NCBI GenBank assembly: GCA_018208355.1
Contig: CP062796.1
Coordinates: 237,217 to 301,216 of the forward strand
Source: Candidatus Fermentithermobacillus carboniphilus
GTDB lineage: Bacteria; Bacillota; Sulfobacillia; Fermentithermobacillales; Fermentithermobacillaceae
Direction: 5' to 3'
Length of the DNA stretch: 64,000 nt
Shown here: positions 37,841-47,350 of the stretch, one piece after another
Position numbering within the stretch: position 1 is the stretch's first letter
How the letters are laid out: each line of letters begins with the position of its first letter
Translations under genes and position numbers: made by a program
The notes under the pieces: generated by a model
Database searches by the model: none
What the model was told of the DNA's origin: nothing
What the model saw: the letters and a program-made list of their open reading frames with translations, nothing else

Positions 37841-39332
37841 CGTGTTCCTCTTCTATCCTCGGTGAATCAGCAAGGTCAGCGATGGAAGCAGCTACCTTCA
37901 TAACCCTGTAGTAAGCCCTGGCGGAGAGTTTCATTCTCTTGTAAGCGTCAAGAAGCAGTTTTCTTGCGGCGCCGGATAGATTCAGCAGGGTCGAAAGTTC
38001 CTTAGGGCCCGTCTCAGCATTGGTCAAAAGGCCTGTTCCTTGGAGACGCTTTCTCTGCCTCTCCCTGGCAGCTGTGACCCTTTCTTTCACCGCTGAACTC
38101 GGTTCTTCCGTAGAGGCGCCTGTAAGTTCGCTCACGTCCACCCTTTGAACGTCTATGCAAATATCTATCCTGTCCAGAAGCGGCCCGTTTACCCTCGATA
38201 TGTACTGCTTCCGTTGGTGTTCCGTGCAGGCACAATCCTGTATATCGCTCCCGTGGAAGCCGCACGGACAAGGATTCATAGCCGCCACCAGCAAGAAACG
38301 GCACGGGAATGTCCAGGTACCCCGCGTCCTGGTGACATGTACTACGCCCTCTTCAAGAGGCTGCCTTAAAGCATTCAGGACAGAGGGTGAAAACTGAGGT
38401 AGTTCATCCAGAAACAGTACCCCCCGGTGGGCCAGGGTTATTTCTCCGGGCCTCGGGTTTGCGCCACCGCCGATCAATGCTGCCATGGTCACCGTGTGGT
38501 GCGGAGCGCGGTAAGGCCGACTCGTCAACAGCCCCGTCCCAGGGGGCAACGCCCCGGCCACGCTCCAGATTTTGGTGACGACAAGCGCCTCCTCAGGGGT
38601 GAGGTCCGGCATGATACCCGGTATGGCCCGAGCAAGAAGGCTCTTCCCCGCACCCGGCGGGCCGGACATCAGGATGTTGTGCCCACCCGCACCAGACACT
38701 TCTAGAGCACGTTTGGCTGCCCTTTGTCCCCTAATTTCCCTAAAATCCACGTACCCTTGCGGTGGCACTACGGCGCCGTTGCCAGTGTGAGACGGACCGG
38801 TCAAATCGGCTTGCCCCTTGACAAAACCCACGGTTTCGTCAAGGCTCCGCGCTATTCGAATGTCTATACCACCGAGGAACGAAACTTCCGCCTGGTTCTC
38901 TCGGGGGATGACGGCCCCTTTTAGACCGGACTCCATCGCCGACAATACCATGGCAAGCACTCCTGGAACAGGTCTTATGGACCCATCCAGCGCCAGTTCG
39001 CCGAGAAAGGCATAGTCTCGGGTCCTGGGTCCTTCAGCCAACTGCCCCGAAGCGAGAAGGATCGCTGTGGCCACCGCCAGATCCATCTGGGTTCCCTCTT
39101 TGTGCAGCCCCGCGGGAGCAAGGTTCACCGTGATCCTTCTGGGGGGAATGTCGAACCCGGAGTTACGGATGGCAGAACGTACGCGTTGTCTTGCCTCGCG
39201 GACTGACGTATCAGCCATGCCCACTATCTCGAGGCCCGGCAAGCCTCCTGAAACATCTGTTTCCACGGTCACGATAAATCCGTCTATCCCCGAAACGGTG
39301 GCGCTCTTGACGGAAGCAAACAAAGAAAACAT
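37797..39332 (-). CDS. comM: YifB/ComM-family Mg-chelatase-like AAA+ ATPase
   Basis: ChlI-type Walker A GPPGAGKS, Lon-like N-terminus, zinc-finger CPCGFHGSDIQDCAC. An alternative TTG start 3 codons downstream has a better-spaced RBS. Confidence 0.8.
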   Translation of the reverse strand: MFSLFASVKSATVSGIDGFIVTVETDVSGGLPGLEIVGMADTSVREARQRVRSAIRNSGFDIPPRRITVNLAPAGLHKEGTQMDLAVATAILLASGQLAEGPRTRDYAFLGELALDGSIRPVPGVLAMVLSAMESGLKGAVIPRENQAEVSFLGGIDIRIARSLDETVGFVKGQADLTGPSHTGNGAVVPPQGYVDFREIRGQRAAKRALEVSGAGGHNILMSGPPGAGKSLLARAIPGIMPDLTPEEALVVTKIWSVAGALPPGTGLLTSRPYRAPHHTVTMAALIGGGANPRPGEITLAHRGVLFLDELPQFSPSVLNALRQPLEEGVVHVTRTRGTWTFPCRFLLVAAMNPCPCGFHGSDIQDCACTEHQRKQYISRVNGPLLDRIDICIDVQRVDVSELTGASTEEPSSAVKERVTAARERQRKRLQGTGLLTNAETGPKELSTLLNLSGAARKLLLDAYKRMKLSARAYYRVMKVAASIADLADSPRIEEEHVAEALSYRQRIFES

Positions 39333-39545
39333 CCTCCGGTTGACGAAATCCGCCCTTTGAGAGTACTATCGGACAAGTTTCGACTCAGATATTATCATGA
39401 CTGCCATATTATGGCAAGCCCGATTGTCACTCGACCCGGAAATCTGGGAGCGTCGGCAACCCAATAGGATTAGCAAACGAACTCTCGCCAGTCACCTTGC
39501 CCCGCATCAACCGGAGGTGTATACACATCTTTCAGCCGGTTCTCT

Positions 39546-40553
39546 TCAGATGGTTCTCTTGACCGGGTCTATCAACGTGGAAAGGCCCATTGCCTCCTTT
39601 GCCCTCTTCAGGACAGCCGAAGAAACCTCGTTGGCCCTTTTGGCACCGTTTGACAAGATATCTTTCAAAACGCCCGATTGCTTGTACTCGCTGTACCTTT
39701 TCTGCACGGGTTCAAGGGTTTGTATGATCACGTCTGCAAGGTCCTTCTTGAAGTCGGCGTAACCTCTTCCCCGGTACATTTCCTCGATTTCGCTTATCGG
39801 TTTGTTCACGCAGAGCGAGTAAATGGAGAGAAGGTTAGCAAGCGCGGGTTTTTCGTCGGGCCTGTAGACCACCTCACGGCCGGAGTCAGTCACCGCCCTT
39901 CGTATTTTCCTTGCCACCTCATCCTTGGAATCGGCCAGCGAGATATAACTTAATGGATTCGGGTCCGATTTGGACATCTTCTTTGTTGGATCTTGCAGAG
40001 ACTTTATCCTTGCGCCATATTCGGGGATGAGCGGTTCCGGCACTTTGAAGGTCGGTCCGTACCTGCTGTTGAACCTTTCGGCTAGGTCGCGGCACAGTTC
40101 AACGTGCTGTTTCTGGTCCTCACCTACAGGAACATAGTCCGTATCGTAGAGAAGGATATCTGCGGCCATTAAAGCAGGATAAGTGAACAGTCCGCCGGAC
40201 ACAGTCTCCTTGCCCTCGGATTTCTCTTTGAACTGAGTCATCCTCGACAATTCCCCAAAAGTCGCGATACACTGGAGCATCCATCCGAGCTCGGCGTGAC
40301 ACGGAACATCCGACTGGACAAAAAGCGTTACTTTCTGCGGATCAAGCCCGGCTGCCAAGAAATATAGGGCAGTGTCTTCTATCTGTCGAGAGAGCTCCTT
40401 CGGGTCCTGATACACGGTGATGGCATGATAGTCAACGATGCAGTAAAAACACTCGTGTTCGTCCTGGAAATCGACAAAACGCTTGAGTGCTCCGAAGTAA
40501 TTCCCGAGGTGAATAACCCCTGACGGCTGAACTCCTGAAAATACTCTCTTCAT
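39546..40553 (-). CDS. trpS: tryptophan--tRNA ligase
   Basis: MKRVFSGVQPSGVIHLGNYFG (HIGH-like region) and KMSKS. RBS GGAGAAAT. Confidence 0.9.
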   Translation of the reverse strand: MKRVFSGVQPSGVIHLGNYFGALKRFVDFQDEHECFYCIVDYHAITVYQDPKELSRQIEDTALYFLAAGLDPQKVTLFVQSDVPCHAELGWMLQCIATFGELSRMTQFKEKSEGKETVSGGLFTYPALMAADILLYDTDYVPVGEDQKQHVELCRDLAERFNSRYGPTFKVPEPLIPEYGARIKSLQDPTKKMSKSDPNPLSYISLADSKDEVARKIRRAVTDSGREVVYRPDEKPALANLLSIYSLCVNKPISEIEEMYRGRGYADFKKDLADVIIQTLEPVQKRYSEYKQSGVLKDILSNGAKRANEVSSAVLKRAKEAMGLSTLIDPVKRTI

Positions 40554-40769
40554 ATTTCTCCACGCTCGTTATCCGGCGTGAGCGACCTCCTTTCGCTGAG
40601 TAGTAGGCCTATGCAAAAAGACCATCCGCCGGCGCCCTGAGGGAGCCGCACTTCAGAAATCTCCACGACCAAGTCACTTCACCGGTCCGAGTTCCGGCCA
40701 CTCCCAAGAAAAATCACCTGCGTGCGGACCACCTCCTGAGCGATCGCTTAACCGCCACTGTCCTGGGCA

Positions 40770-40997
40770 ATAAAAAACTCCGTCGCAAGGGACGGAGGTT
40801 ATCCGCGGTGCCACCCTACTTCGCCGTATACCGGCGCACCTCTAGAGAAAGTACCATCATACTTTCCATCCTCTATCGGGGATGAGCCGGCATGTTGCTC
40901 GCTCCCGAGCCCATTCCCGCGGCATCCTGCACCGGCCTTCCACCCTCGCCCGGCTCGCTTGGCATTGAGCCGCGGTACTATTCTCGTTCATCGCGTC
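40770..40997 (-). promoter_or_regulatory. T-box riboswitch leader (Trp specifier) for trpS
   Basis: Minus-strand AAGUAGGGUGGCACCGCGGAU (T-box consensus). Then terminator CUCCGUCCCUUGCGACGGAG + UUUUUUAUU (40771-40797). Upstream stem-I region with GAAUGGG (UGG). Candidate -10 TAATAT at ~41003-41008. Confidence 0.8.
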
Positions 40998-41093
40998 ACC
41001 CTATATTAAAACCCACCGAGTCCCGGACCACGATATCCAATCGGACTTTCCAGGTGTGAACCTTTAGGAAATTATGCCACACCAGAGCGAAAA

Positions 41094-41150
41094 CATCAAA
41101 TCGAAAGTCACCAAATCGAAAAATACCGAATCGAAAGATGAATCGAAAGA
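41094..41150. repeat. 4 direct repeats of (A)AATCGAAA at ~13-16-bp spacing
   Basis: catcAAATCGAAAgtcaccAAATCGAAAaataccgAATCGAAAgatgAATCGAAAg, upstream of the T-box/trpS promoter. Confidence 0.6.
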
Positions 41151-41326
41151 CCGCCCCTGCCGCGACCATCCGACAACCAAGCATTTTTCATGGACGTCCA
41201 TTTCGCACAGCAGGTACGTTCCCCGCTACCGATAATAGCGCCTGGGGTTTGCCAGTTCCATTTGAATCTTCAACGGCAACATATTCCTGAGCCGACACTA
41301 TGCCGATATTCGAGCCAGAAACGCCG

Positions 41327-42478
41327 TTATTTCAAAGACGAAGGTTTCAGATCATGGATAATCTCTACCTGGCCGTCACAGGTGCCTACGAGAAGAGGAC
41401 TCGTGGGGACGTGCCTTCCCAGATTTTTCTCTATCGAAGCTGCACTGTGATTGGCGTAGCAGTAAGCACACTGATGGCTGCAGGTGTTGTACGCTCCCAT
41501 ATCCACCGACTCGACGCAACGGCACGCTGGACGCTGCCCTTTGTCTTTCGGCATGGCCCTGTCTGTACCCGAGATCTTACGGATTAGGTTCCCGTCTATA
41601 CAGGCACCCGGCTTGATCCCTGCGGGACGTAGATCAATTGTTTCGGCACAGCTATAAACCTCCATCCCGCAAGACTCTGCCATGTTTCTGATTCCTTCGG
41701 CCAGTTTCAACACCTCGCCCGGTGCTCGAACGGGGGCCCTTTTCACACCGGATATCCCCGCCGATCGGGACCTATCTGCAGGTACTTGGGGCGCTGTCCT
41801 CGTCCCGTCGCGTATACCTGCCGATGTCCCCCTGTCACACAGTATCCCTACCGTCGTCCCTCCCTGCCCACATGCGCCCGCGCCCATCCCATCCTCACAG
41901 AACCCACCTGACATTTTTCCCTCATCACCCACAGCAAGAGGCTCGTAAAATTCAATGCCGGTCGCCTGTGAGATCCTCTTCAAACGCCGCTTAACTTTCC
42001 CGTAGAAGTCGAGGAAACTTATGACGAGCCGGTCTGTATAGCCTGTCAAATGCTCTGCCAGGTTTTGTACCCGTTCAAGATGGTACTCAGATGGAGTGAC
42101 GGAACTCAGGACGATTGGATCATACCGCCAGATAACGCGCTCTTTTCCCGCCCGGTCTGAAAGTTTGCGAAAAGCGTCTAACCGCTGGCTGAGTGGAGGC
42201 ACACGGGGCTCCAGAATCTCCGGGTAGTCGTTGAGGGTGAAATGAAAATAGTATCGGTAGCCGAGAGAATCCAATAAGTCAAGGTACGGGAGGAGCGGCT
42301 GGGGATTCTTAGTCCAGAACACAATGAGGTCCACATCCTCCGGGAGAAGGCTGTACACTTTCACCTGGCCCGGGTTAAAGGGGTTTCTCACGCAAAAATA
42401 GCCTGCCTTGACCCTCTCAACAAACCACTTGCTGAAAAACGCCGGAATATCTGTCCGGCGGCTCGCGCTGACAATCAT
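41327..42478 (-). CDS. DUF1848 protein with C-terminal Cx3Cx2C motif and G/A/R-rich internal insert
   Basis: Trimmed to MIVSASRRTDIPAFFSKWF after AGGAGGA. C-terminal CSHQCAYCYA. Low-complexity insert GGFCEDGMGAGACGQGGTTVG...RAPVRAPGE. Confidence 0.65.
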   Translation of the reverse strand: MIVSASRRTDIPAFFSKWFVERVKAGYFCVRNPFNPGQVKVYSLLPEDVDLIVFWTKNPQPLLPYLDLLDSLGYRYYFHFTLNDYPEILEPRVPPLSQRLDAFRKLSDRAGKERVIWRYDPIVLSSVTPSEYHLERVQNLAEHLTGYTDRLVISFLDFYGKVKRRLKRISQATGIEFYEPLAVGDEGKMSGGFCEDGMGAGACGQGGTTVGILCDRGTSAGIRDGTRTAPQVPADRSRSAGISGVKRAPVRAPGEVLKLAEGIRNMAESCGMEVYSCAETIDLRPAGIKPGACIDGNLIRKISGTDRAMPKDKGQRPACRCVESVDMGAYNTCSHQCAYCYANHSAASIEKNLGRHVPTSPLLVGTCDGQVEIIHDLKPSSLK

Positions 42479-42665
42479 GCCGGTCCTCCTGATCTGGATT
42501 ACGAAGTACCCGGAGCCGGTATATGGGGGCCAGGCTTGTGACCCATCATTAACAGTACTTCCCTCCCAACCCGTATGGAGATCCTGGCCAGCCGATTGGC
42601 CCAGGGGTACGGTTTCTTTAGCCATTTTCCGCTTTTCGTCGAATGGGAGTCTCGTGAATTTCCCG

Positions 42666-43097
42666 CTACTCGCTGGATGGCCTTGCTATCCCGAACATCT
42701 GACACAGCCTTTCATAGGTCTCCTTAGGCGACGAAGACTCACACGCAAGCGTTTCAATCGGGCATCTACCGTCCCTCGACCTGTTCATGATATACGGTAC
42801 CACTTCATCGATAACGTATACACGGTTTTCTCGCGCGAGGACTTCTACAGCCTCTTTACTGCCTGTCTTTCCGTAAACGGCGTCAATTCCAAAGTAGAGG
42901 ACAAGGTGGGCCACGGCGACACCCACAACCTTGTCAGCAAGGCACGACCCGCAGATATCGTGACCTGCCTTGAGAGCCGCCGTGATAAGAGGCTTCACTC
43001 CCGGTCCCCTCTCGACGGCGAGAACCCTACCTTCTTTAACGATGACGACGGAATGCCCGTCCTTAAGCAGCGAAGCCCCCAGTCTCAGGTCACTCAT
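42666..43097 (-). CDS. DUF1893 (TM1506-like) protein
   Basis: Trimmed to MSDLRLGASLLKDGHSVVIVKEG... The upstream 126 codons of the track ORF are judged non-coding. RBS spacing is poor, so the start is uncertain. Confidence 0.5.
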   Translation of the reverse strand: MSDLRLGASLLKDGHSVVIVKEGRVLAVERGPGVKPLITAALKAGHDICGSCLADKVVGVAVAHLVLYFGIDAVYGKTGSKEAVEVLARENRVYVIDEVVPYIMNRSRDGRCPIETLACESSSPKETYERLCQMFGIARPSSE

Positions 43098-43120
43098 GAT
43101 CCTCTCAGCGGATGCAGTGT

Positions 43121-43213
43121 TCAGGCCGAAACGCTGTTCACCATCATGCCCGCCACAAAACCGAGAGCTATCCCAGACACAATGTTCAGCACTGCCTCCC
43201 CCATCCCGGGCAT
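43121..43213 (-). CDS. candidate 30-aa hydrophobic micropeptide
   Basis: ATG after CAGGGGTCGAAAC; encodes MPGMGEAVLNIVSGIALGFVAGMMVNSVSA (single TM). Ends 21 nt before the DUF1893 start. Below the track's size cutoff. Confidence 0.25.
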   Translation of the reverse strand: MPGMGEAVLNIVSGIALGFVAGMMVNSVSA

Positions 43214-43629
43214 GTTTCGACCCCTGACATTCGCAAGTGCTTTTAACTCGCTCAACCAAGACCCATCCTGGTTCAAAAAACTTGGCTGCTTTTATCTCCA
43301 GCCAAGTCGGCCCCCAGACCAGGTTTTCGCCTCCTTCCCAGATACTCGATTTGCCCCCCGAGGGGCAGGACGCCAGGGGACCTCGGCCCGGGAGTCCCAC
43401 CCGGGCGGGAGAACTGCACCGGAAGGGCTCAATCGGAATTGACCGCTTGCGCGGGGAAGCCGGTGCTTCCACCAAATTGTGCTAACTTCCGGTGGAGACT
43501 AACCCCGGAGACTAACCCCGCCTCCCGCGCCCTGTTGGGACGCCTACCGGTTTGTCCGACACCGGCTAAACGGGCTCACCGTAAGGACAAGGCCACAACT
43601 TCATCTCGCGCCAGACGTTTCAAGTTGCT

Positions 43630-45180
43630 TCAATTGCTCGATCTAACGCAGAACACCTTTGTCTCCGCCAGACCGCTGTGGACGCCACGGCCAAGCACAT
43701 TCAAGCCAGCTTTTCTGGCATTGGTGATATATTCGACGGTGGCGCTATCGAACTCTTCACCGGGAGTTATCAGCGGCGCGCCGGGAGGGTAAACCACAAC
43801 TGTATCGGCGGATATGCGCCCGGCAGCTTGATCAAGGTCAACTGCTTCCGCCATTGAAAGAAAAGCTTCTCTCAGGGACATCACTCTCGCGGGTCTTGGA
43901 GCTTCACCGAGCAGTAAAGATACGTCAAACTGGCTACTGTGCTCCCGGGGACAACGTTCTGCGAGATCCCTGAACGCTGCTTCAACGGTATCAATATCCT
44001 CCTCGCTGTCAGCGCCAGTACAGATCATGAGGATATGCTGGAGCCCAACCATCTCCGGATCTACTCCTTTTTCCTCGACCAGGAAACGGGCAGCTTGAGG
44101 ACCTGTGACTCCAAGTTCGGCGAGGTTCACCAGGATCCTCCCGGGATCATGCATGAGTCCCGGTGGGACTGGATTGGACGGATCGTACCCTACCACTGAA
44201 AGGCGCGGAATCCTCGCGAGCCTTCTACTGAGTTCACAGGCTCTTTCAACTCCTCTGTTCACCCATTGCCCCCCGTCCCTCTCCAGGACCTCTATGGCCT
44301 GTTGCAGAGAAGCCATCAGGATGTACGAAGGAGATGTGGTCTGAACCGCGCGAAGAGACTCTTCGACCGCTGGAATAAGACCAGGAAAACGCTCTGGAGC
44401 GGACGGCCCTACGTGGAGGAACGCGGTTTGGGTGAACGCGACGGTTGTTTTATGCGCGCCATGCACAACCAGGTCTGCTCCGCAGTCCAGAGCAGAGGGA
44501 GGAAGTTCTCTCCCCACTTTGAAATGGGTACCGTGAGCCTCATCGACAATCAATATGGCCCCGCTTGCGTGGGTAATTTCAGCTATCTCGCTGAGGTTTC
44601 TGGCAAAACCGCAATATGTAGGGTTGATGACCACGACTGCCTTAGGCGGCCGCCCACCGCGGGCCACCTCACGTTCAAATGCTTCTTTTATCCTTTCTAC
44701 GTCCAGGGGCAGGTATCCTCCGAGATTTGGGTTGTGCTCTGGCCATACGAAAACTGGCTCAAGCCCGGACATAGCCATAGCAGTCATCATAGACCGGTGA
44801 GCATTCCGTGGTACCAGTACGCTGCGAGCCCCTAGAACCATCCGGGCCGCAAGCAAGGACGCCTGCACGCCAGAGGTGGCGCCGTTAACGAGGATGTAGG
44901 AGCGGGCTGATCCGAACAGTTTCTCAGCTCGCCTTTCAACTTCCCTGATGCAGCCGCTGGGATAGTGCAGGTTATCCAGCCCGGGAGACTCCGTCATATC
45001 GATAACCCGAAGTTCATCTAGCAGTCTCCGGGCCCATTCAGGGTTCGGGTCAGCAGGCATTGAAACTAAACCACCAGAAAAAACACCTTTCCCCTTATGA
45101 CCAGGCATATGCATTCTTGCCGGCTTTCGGGATGCATACCAGCACATTGCTTCGATTATGCCGCAGTTTTTTTCCGACAT
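43630..45180 (-). CDS. PLP-dependent Orn/Lys/Arg decarboxylase family protein (SpeA/YaaO-like)
   Basis: HMPGHKGKG near the N-terminus, PLP lysine region HGAHKT, and the C-terminal decarboxylase domain. RBS AAGGACGG. Confidence 0.7.
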   Translation of the reverse strand: MSEKNCGIIEAMCWYASRKPARMHMPGHKGKGVFSGGLVSMPADPNPEWARRLLDELRVIDMTESPGLDNLHYPSGCIREVERRAEKLFGSARSYILVNGATSGVQASLLAARMVLGARSVLVPRNAHRSMMTAMAMSGLEPVFVWPEHNPNLGGYLPLDVERIKEAFEREVARGGRPPKAVVVINPTYCGFARNLSEIAEITHASGAILIVDEAHGTHFKVGRELPPSALDCGADLVVHGAHKTTVAFTQTAFLHVGPSAPERFPGLIPAVEESLRAVQTTSPSYILMASLQQAIEVLERDGGQWVNRGVERACELSRRLARIPRLSVVGYDPSNPVPPGLMHDPGRILVNLAELGVTGPQAARFLVEEKGVDPEMVGLQHILMICTGADSEEDIDTVEAAFRDLAERCPREHSSQFDVSLLLGEAPRPARVMSLREAFLSMAEAVDLDQAAGRISADTVVVYPPGAPLITPGEEFDSATVEYITNARKAGLNVLGRGVHSGLAETKVFCVRSSN

Positions 45181-45358
45181 CTGTTCTACCGTCCTTACTA
45201 TGTTGGACTTGCCACTTGTATTGTGAATACTGACCGGCAGGCTGACCAATGAGTGCAGTTTTACCCGTGATCGGGAAAACGTTTCTCCGTATAGTCATAT
45301 CCTGACTGTACAGACTGAGGCAAGTCCCAGCCAGTCTAGCCCCAAAGATGCTAATATG

Positions 45359-47107
45359 CTACTGGGCATTTTTCCTCAGGACCTGCCCTGAACGACTCAG
45401 CGTCAGTTTTCCATCCTCCATGGCCACCTGCCCGTTGACGAACACCCATCTGAATCCTTCTGGGTACTGCCTGGGTTCTTCATCAGTGCTTTTTTCGGCG
45501 ACAGCTTCAGGGTTGAACACAACGATATCTGCCTTCATGCCCTCAGCAATCAGTCCTCGATCTTTCAGCCCGAGCCTTTGAGCTGGTAGACTGGTTATCC
45601 TCCTGATGCCTTCCTCAAGTCCCAGAAGCCCCAGTGCGTAACGCTTTATAAACCTCGCCATGCCTCCGAAACTGTTGGGATTTGGGAGGTAGTACGGTGG
45701 CACTTTGACCTCAGCTGTAACATTGACAAGGAAAGTATCAATACCGACCATAGCCAGCGGGTGTCTGTAAAATACCCGTTTCACTTCGTCAGAGCCTACT
45801 GAAGGCCGGGAAAGAATGGAGTACGGATCTGCACATATCACATCCATAAGCGCGTCGAGCGGATGCTGGTCTCTTTCTCTTGCTATCTGGGCAATGGTCT
45901 TTCCAACAAATTCACCCGCCTTGCTCTTCCCTATCATCATCTCATTCGCCCAGCCTGGCTGCAGGATTGGGTTTAGATTGAACCACTTGCCCGATAAGAC
46001 GTACTGCCGGATTTCCTCTCGAAGGTCTGGAGCTCTCAAGTTCGCCGCAAATTGCTCCAAGGTACCGGATTCTTTCAACCACGGAGCCAGCACCGCGGCA
46101 ACGTACTTGACATGTAGCACACCGCCGGTCTGGTGATTAGGTATTACATCAAACGCCAGATCCACTCCGTCTTTGAGTGCCGCATCAATTACAGCCAGGG
46201 TTTCTTCAGCCGCACAAACCGAGAGCTTGGGCGTGGGGCTTGGAGACACGAGATATCCCGGGCTCAGGTGGGCTAGCTGAAGTTTGACACCGGTCTTTTT
46301 GGCGATGTCCACAGCTTCGCGGATCCCGTTAATGAGTCCCGGGTCGCCCAACCCCTGTCGCAGGCCGGTCCGTCGCCAGTGGCTGGAAAACAACCCGCCC
46401 TTTCGTGCAACAACGCCTATGACCTCGTACGATTCTTCCACGCTGCAATAGCAGTTGGGTGCGTAGTCCATGCCATTTGAAATACCGGCGGCTCCCGAGT
46501 CCATAGCTTCCTCAACATATCTTTTCATGGCCTCGATTTCGGAAGCTGTAGCTTTCCTCCTGTAATCCGTACCCATCACTGCTGTTCGGACCGTGCCGTG
46601 CCCAACCAGCGGTACAATGTTTATGCCAGGTCTTGTTCGTTCAACAACATCAAGCCACTCTCCAAAACTTGACCACGTTATGTCAAGGCCATCTGTTTCT
46701 TTTGCGTGCTTCTTAACCATGTCAAGGTCTGCTACAACTTCCTGATAGTATTTTCTCGGGGAAACCTTGTCCCACCAGTTCCATTCCCAGAAGCATGCCG
46801 TCCAGTGCCTGTTAAGCGGTGCCGGAGAAAATCCGCATTGTCCGCACACTGATGTAGTTATCCCCTGAGCTATCGCGCTCTCTCCGGAAGGATACATGAG
46901 CACAGTCTGGTCTGCGTGAGAATGCATGTCTATGAAACCAGGTGCAACTACTTGCCCGGTAGCATCAACTATTCTCGCTGCACTCGCTCCTGATAGTTCC
47001 CCTATGGCTGCTATGGTGTCCCCCCGCAAGCCAATGTCTTTCTTGTAGCGAACACTTCCGCTGCCGTCTATGATTTCTCCGCCTCGTATAATCACATCAA
47101 ATGTCAT
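45359..47107 (-). CDS. N-acyl-D-amino-acid deacylase (D-aminoacylase), amidohydrolase superfamily
   Basis: Trimmed to MTFDVIIRGGEIIDGSG after AAAGGAGGA. Metal-binding FIDMHSHAD. Confidence 0.75.
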   Translation of the reverse strand: MTFDVIIRGGEIIDGSGSVRYKKDIGLRGDTIAAIGELSGASAARIVDATGQVVAPGFIDMHSHADQTVLMYPSGESAIAQGITTSVCGQCGFSPAPLNRHWTACFWEWNWWDKVSPRKYYQEVVADLDMVKKHAKETDGLDITWSSFGEWLDVVERTRPGINIVPLVGHGTVRTAVMGTDYRRKATASEIEAMKRYVEEAMDSGAAGISNGMDYAPNCYCSVEESYEVIGVVARKGGLFSSHWRRTGLRQGLGDPGLINGIREAVDIAKKTGVKLQLAHLSPGYLVSPSPTPKLSVCAAEETLAVIDAALKDGVDLAFDVIPNHQTGGVLHVKYVAAVLAPWLKESGTLEQFAANLRAPDLREEIRQYVLSGKWFNLNPILQPGWANEMMIGKSKAGEFVGKTIAQIARERDQHPLDALMDVICADPYSILSRPSVGSDEVKRVFYRHPLAMVGIDTFLVNVTAEVKVPPYYLPNPNSFGGMARFIKRYALGLLGLEEGIRRITSLPAQRLGLKDRGLIAEGMKADIVVFNPEAVAEKSTDEEPRQYPEGFRWVFVNGQVAMEDGKLTLSRSGQVLRKNAQ

Positions 47108-47299
47108 ACAGCATTCCTCCTTTGTGACTGCCCTCAGCATTGCTAGCTCAGGTAAGCATAGTGCGATAAATCCCATCCGGCAAAACCCAAAAGGGTAATT
47201 CGACCTGCACAGGCTGCATCCTGTCTATTTCGGGTACAGGCTGGCCAATATTTTTGGGAACCATCTTGAAACAGCGGATATACGGGAGTATCCTAATAT

Positions 47300-47325
47300 T
47301 GTTGCCTTGCGAACGTTCTCATGAG
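47300..47325. promoter_or_regulatory. near-perfect 20-bp palindrome AACGTTCTCATGAGAACATT (core GTTCTCATGAGAAC), candidate MarR operator
   Basis: Lies in the divergent promoter region ~30 nt upstream of the marR GTG. Confidence 0.45.
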
Positions 47326-47350
47326 AACATTCTGGGCGAGGTGAACAACT

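Noticed and set aside
41094-41150. CRISPR array
   Set aside because: The AATCGAAA and TAAGCC repeats are 8-nt units without spacers of CRISPR size. No cas genes in the window.
44266-44835. 189-aa plus-strand ORF and other plus ORFs inside 43630-45249
   Set aside because: Antisense to the PLP-decarboxylase gene, which has a clear family match.
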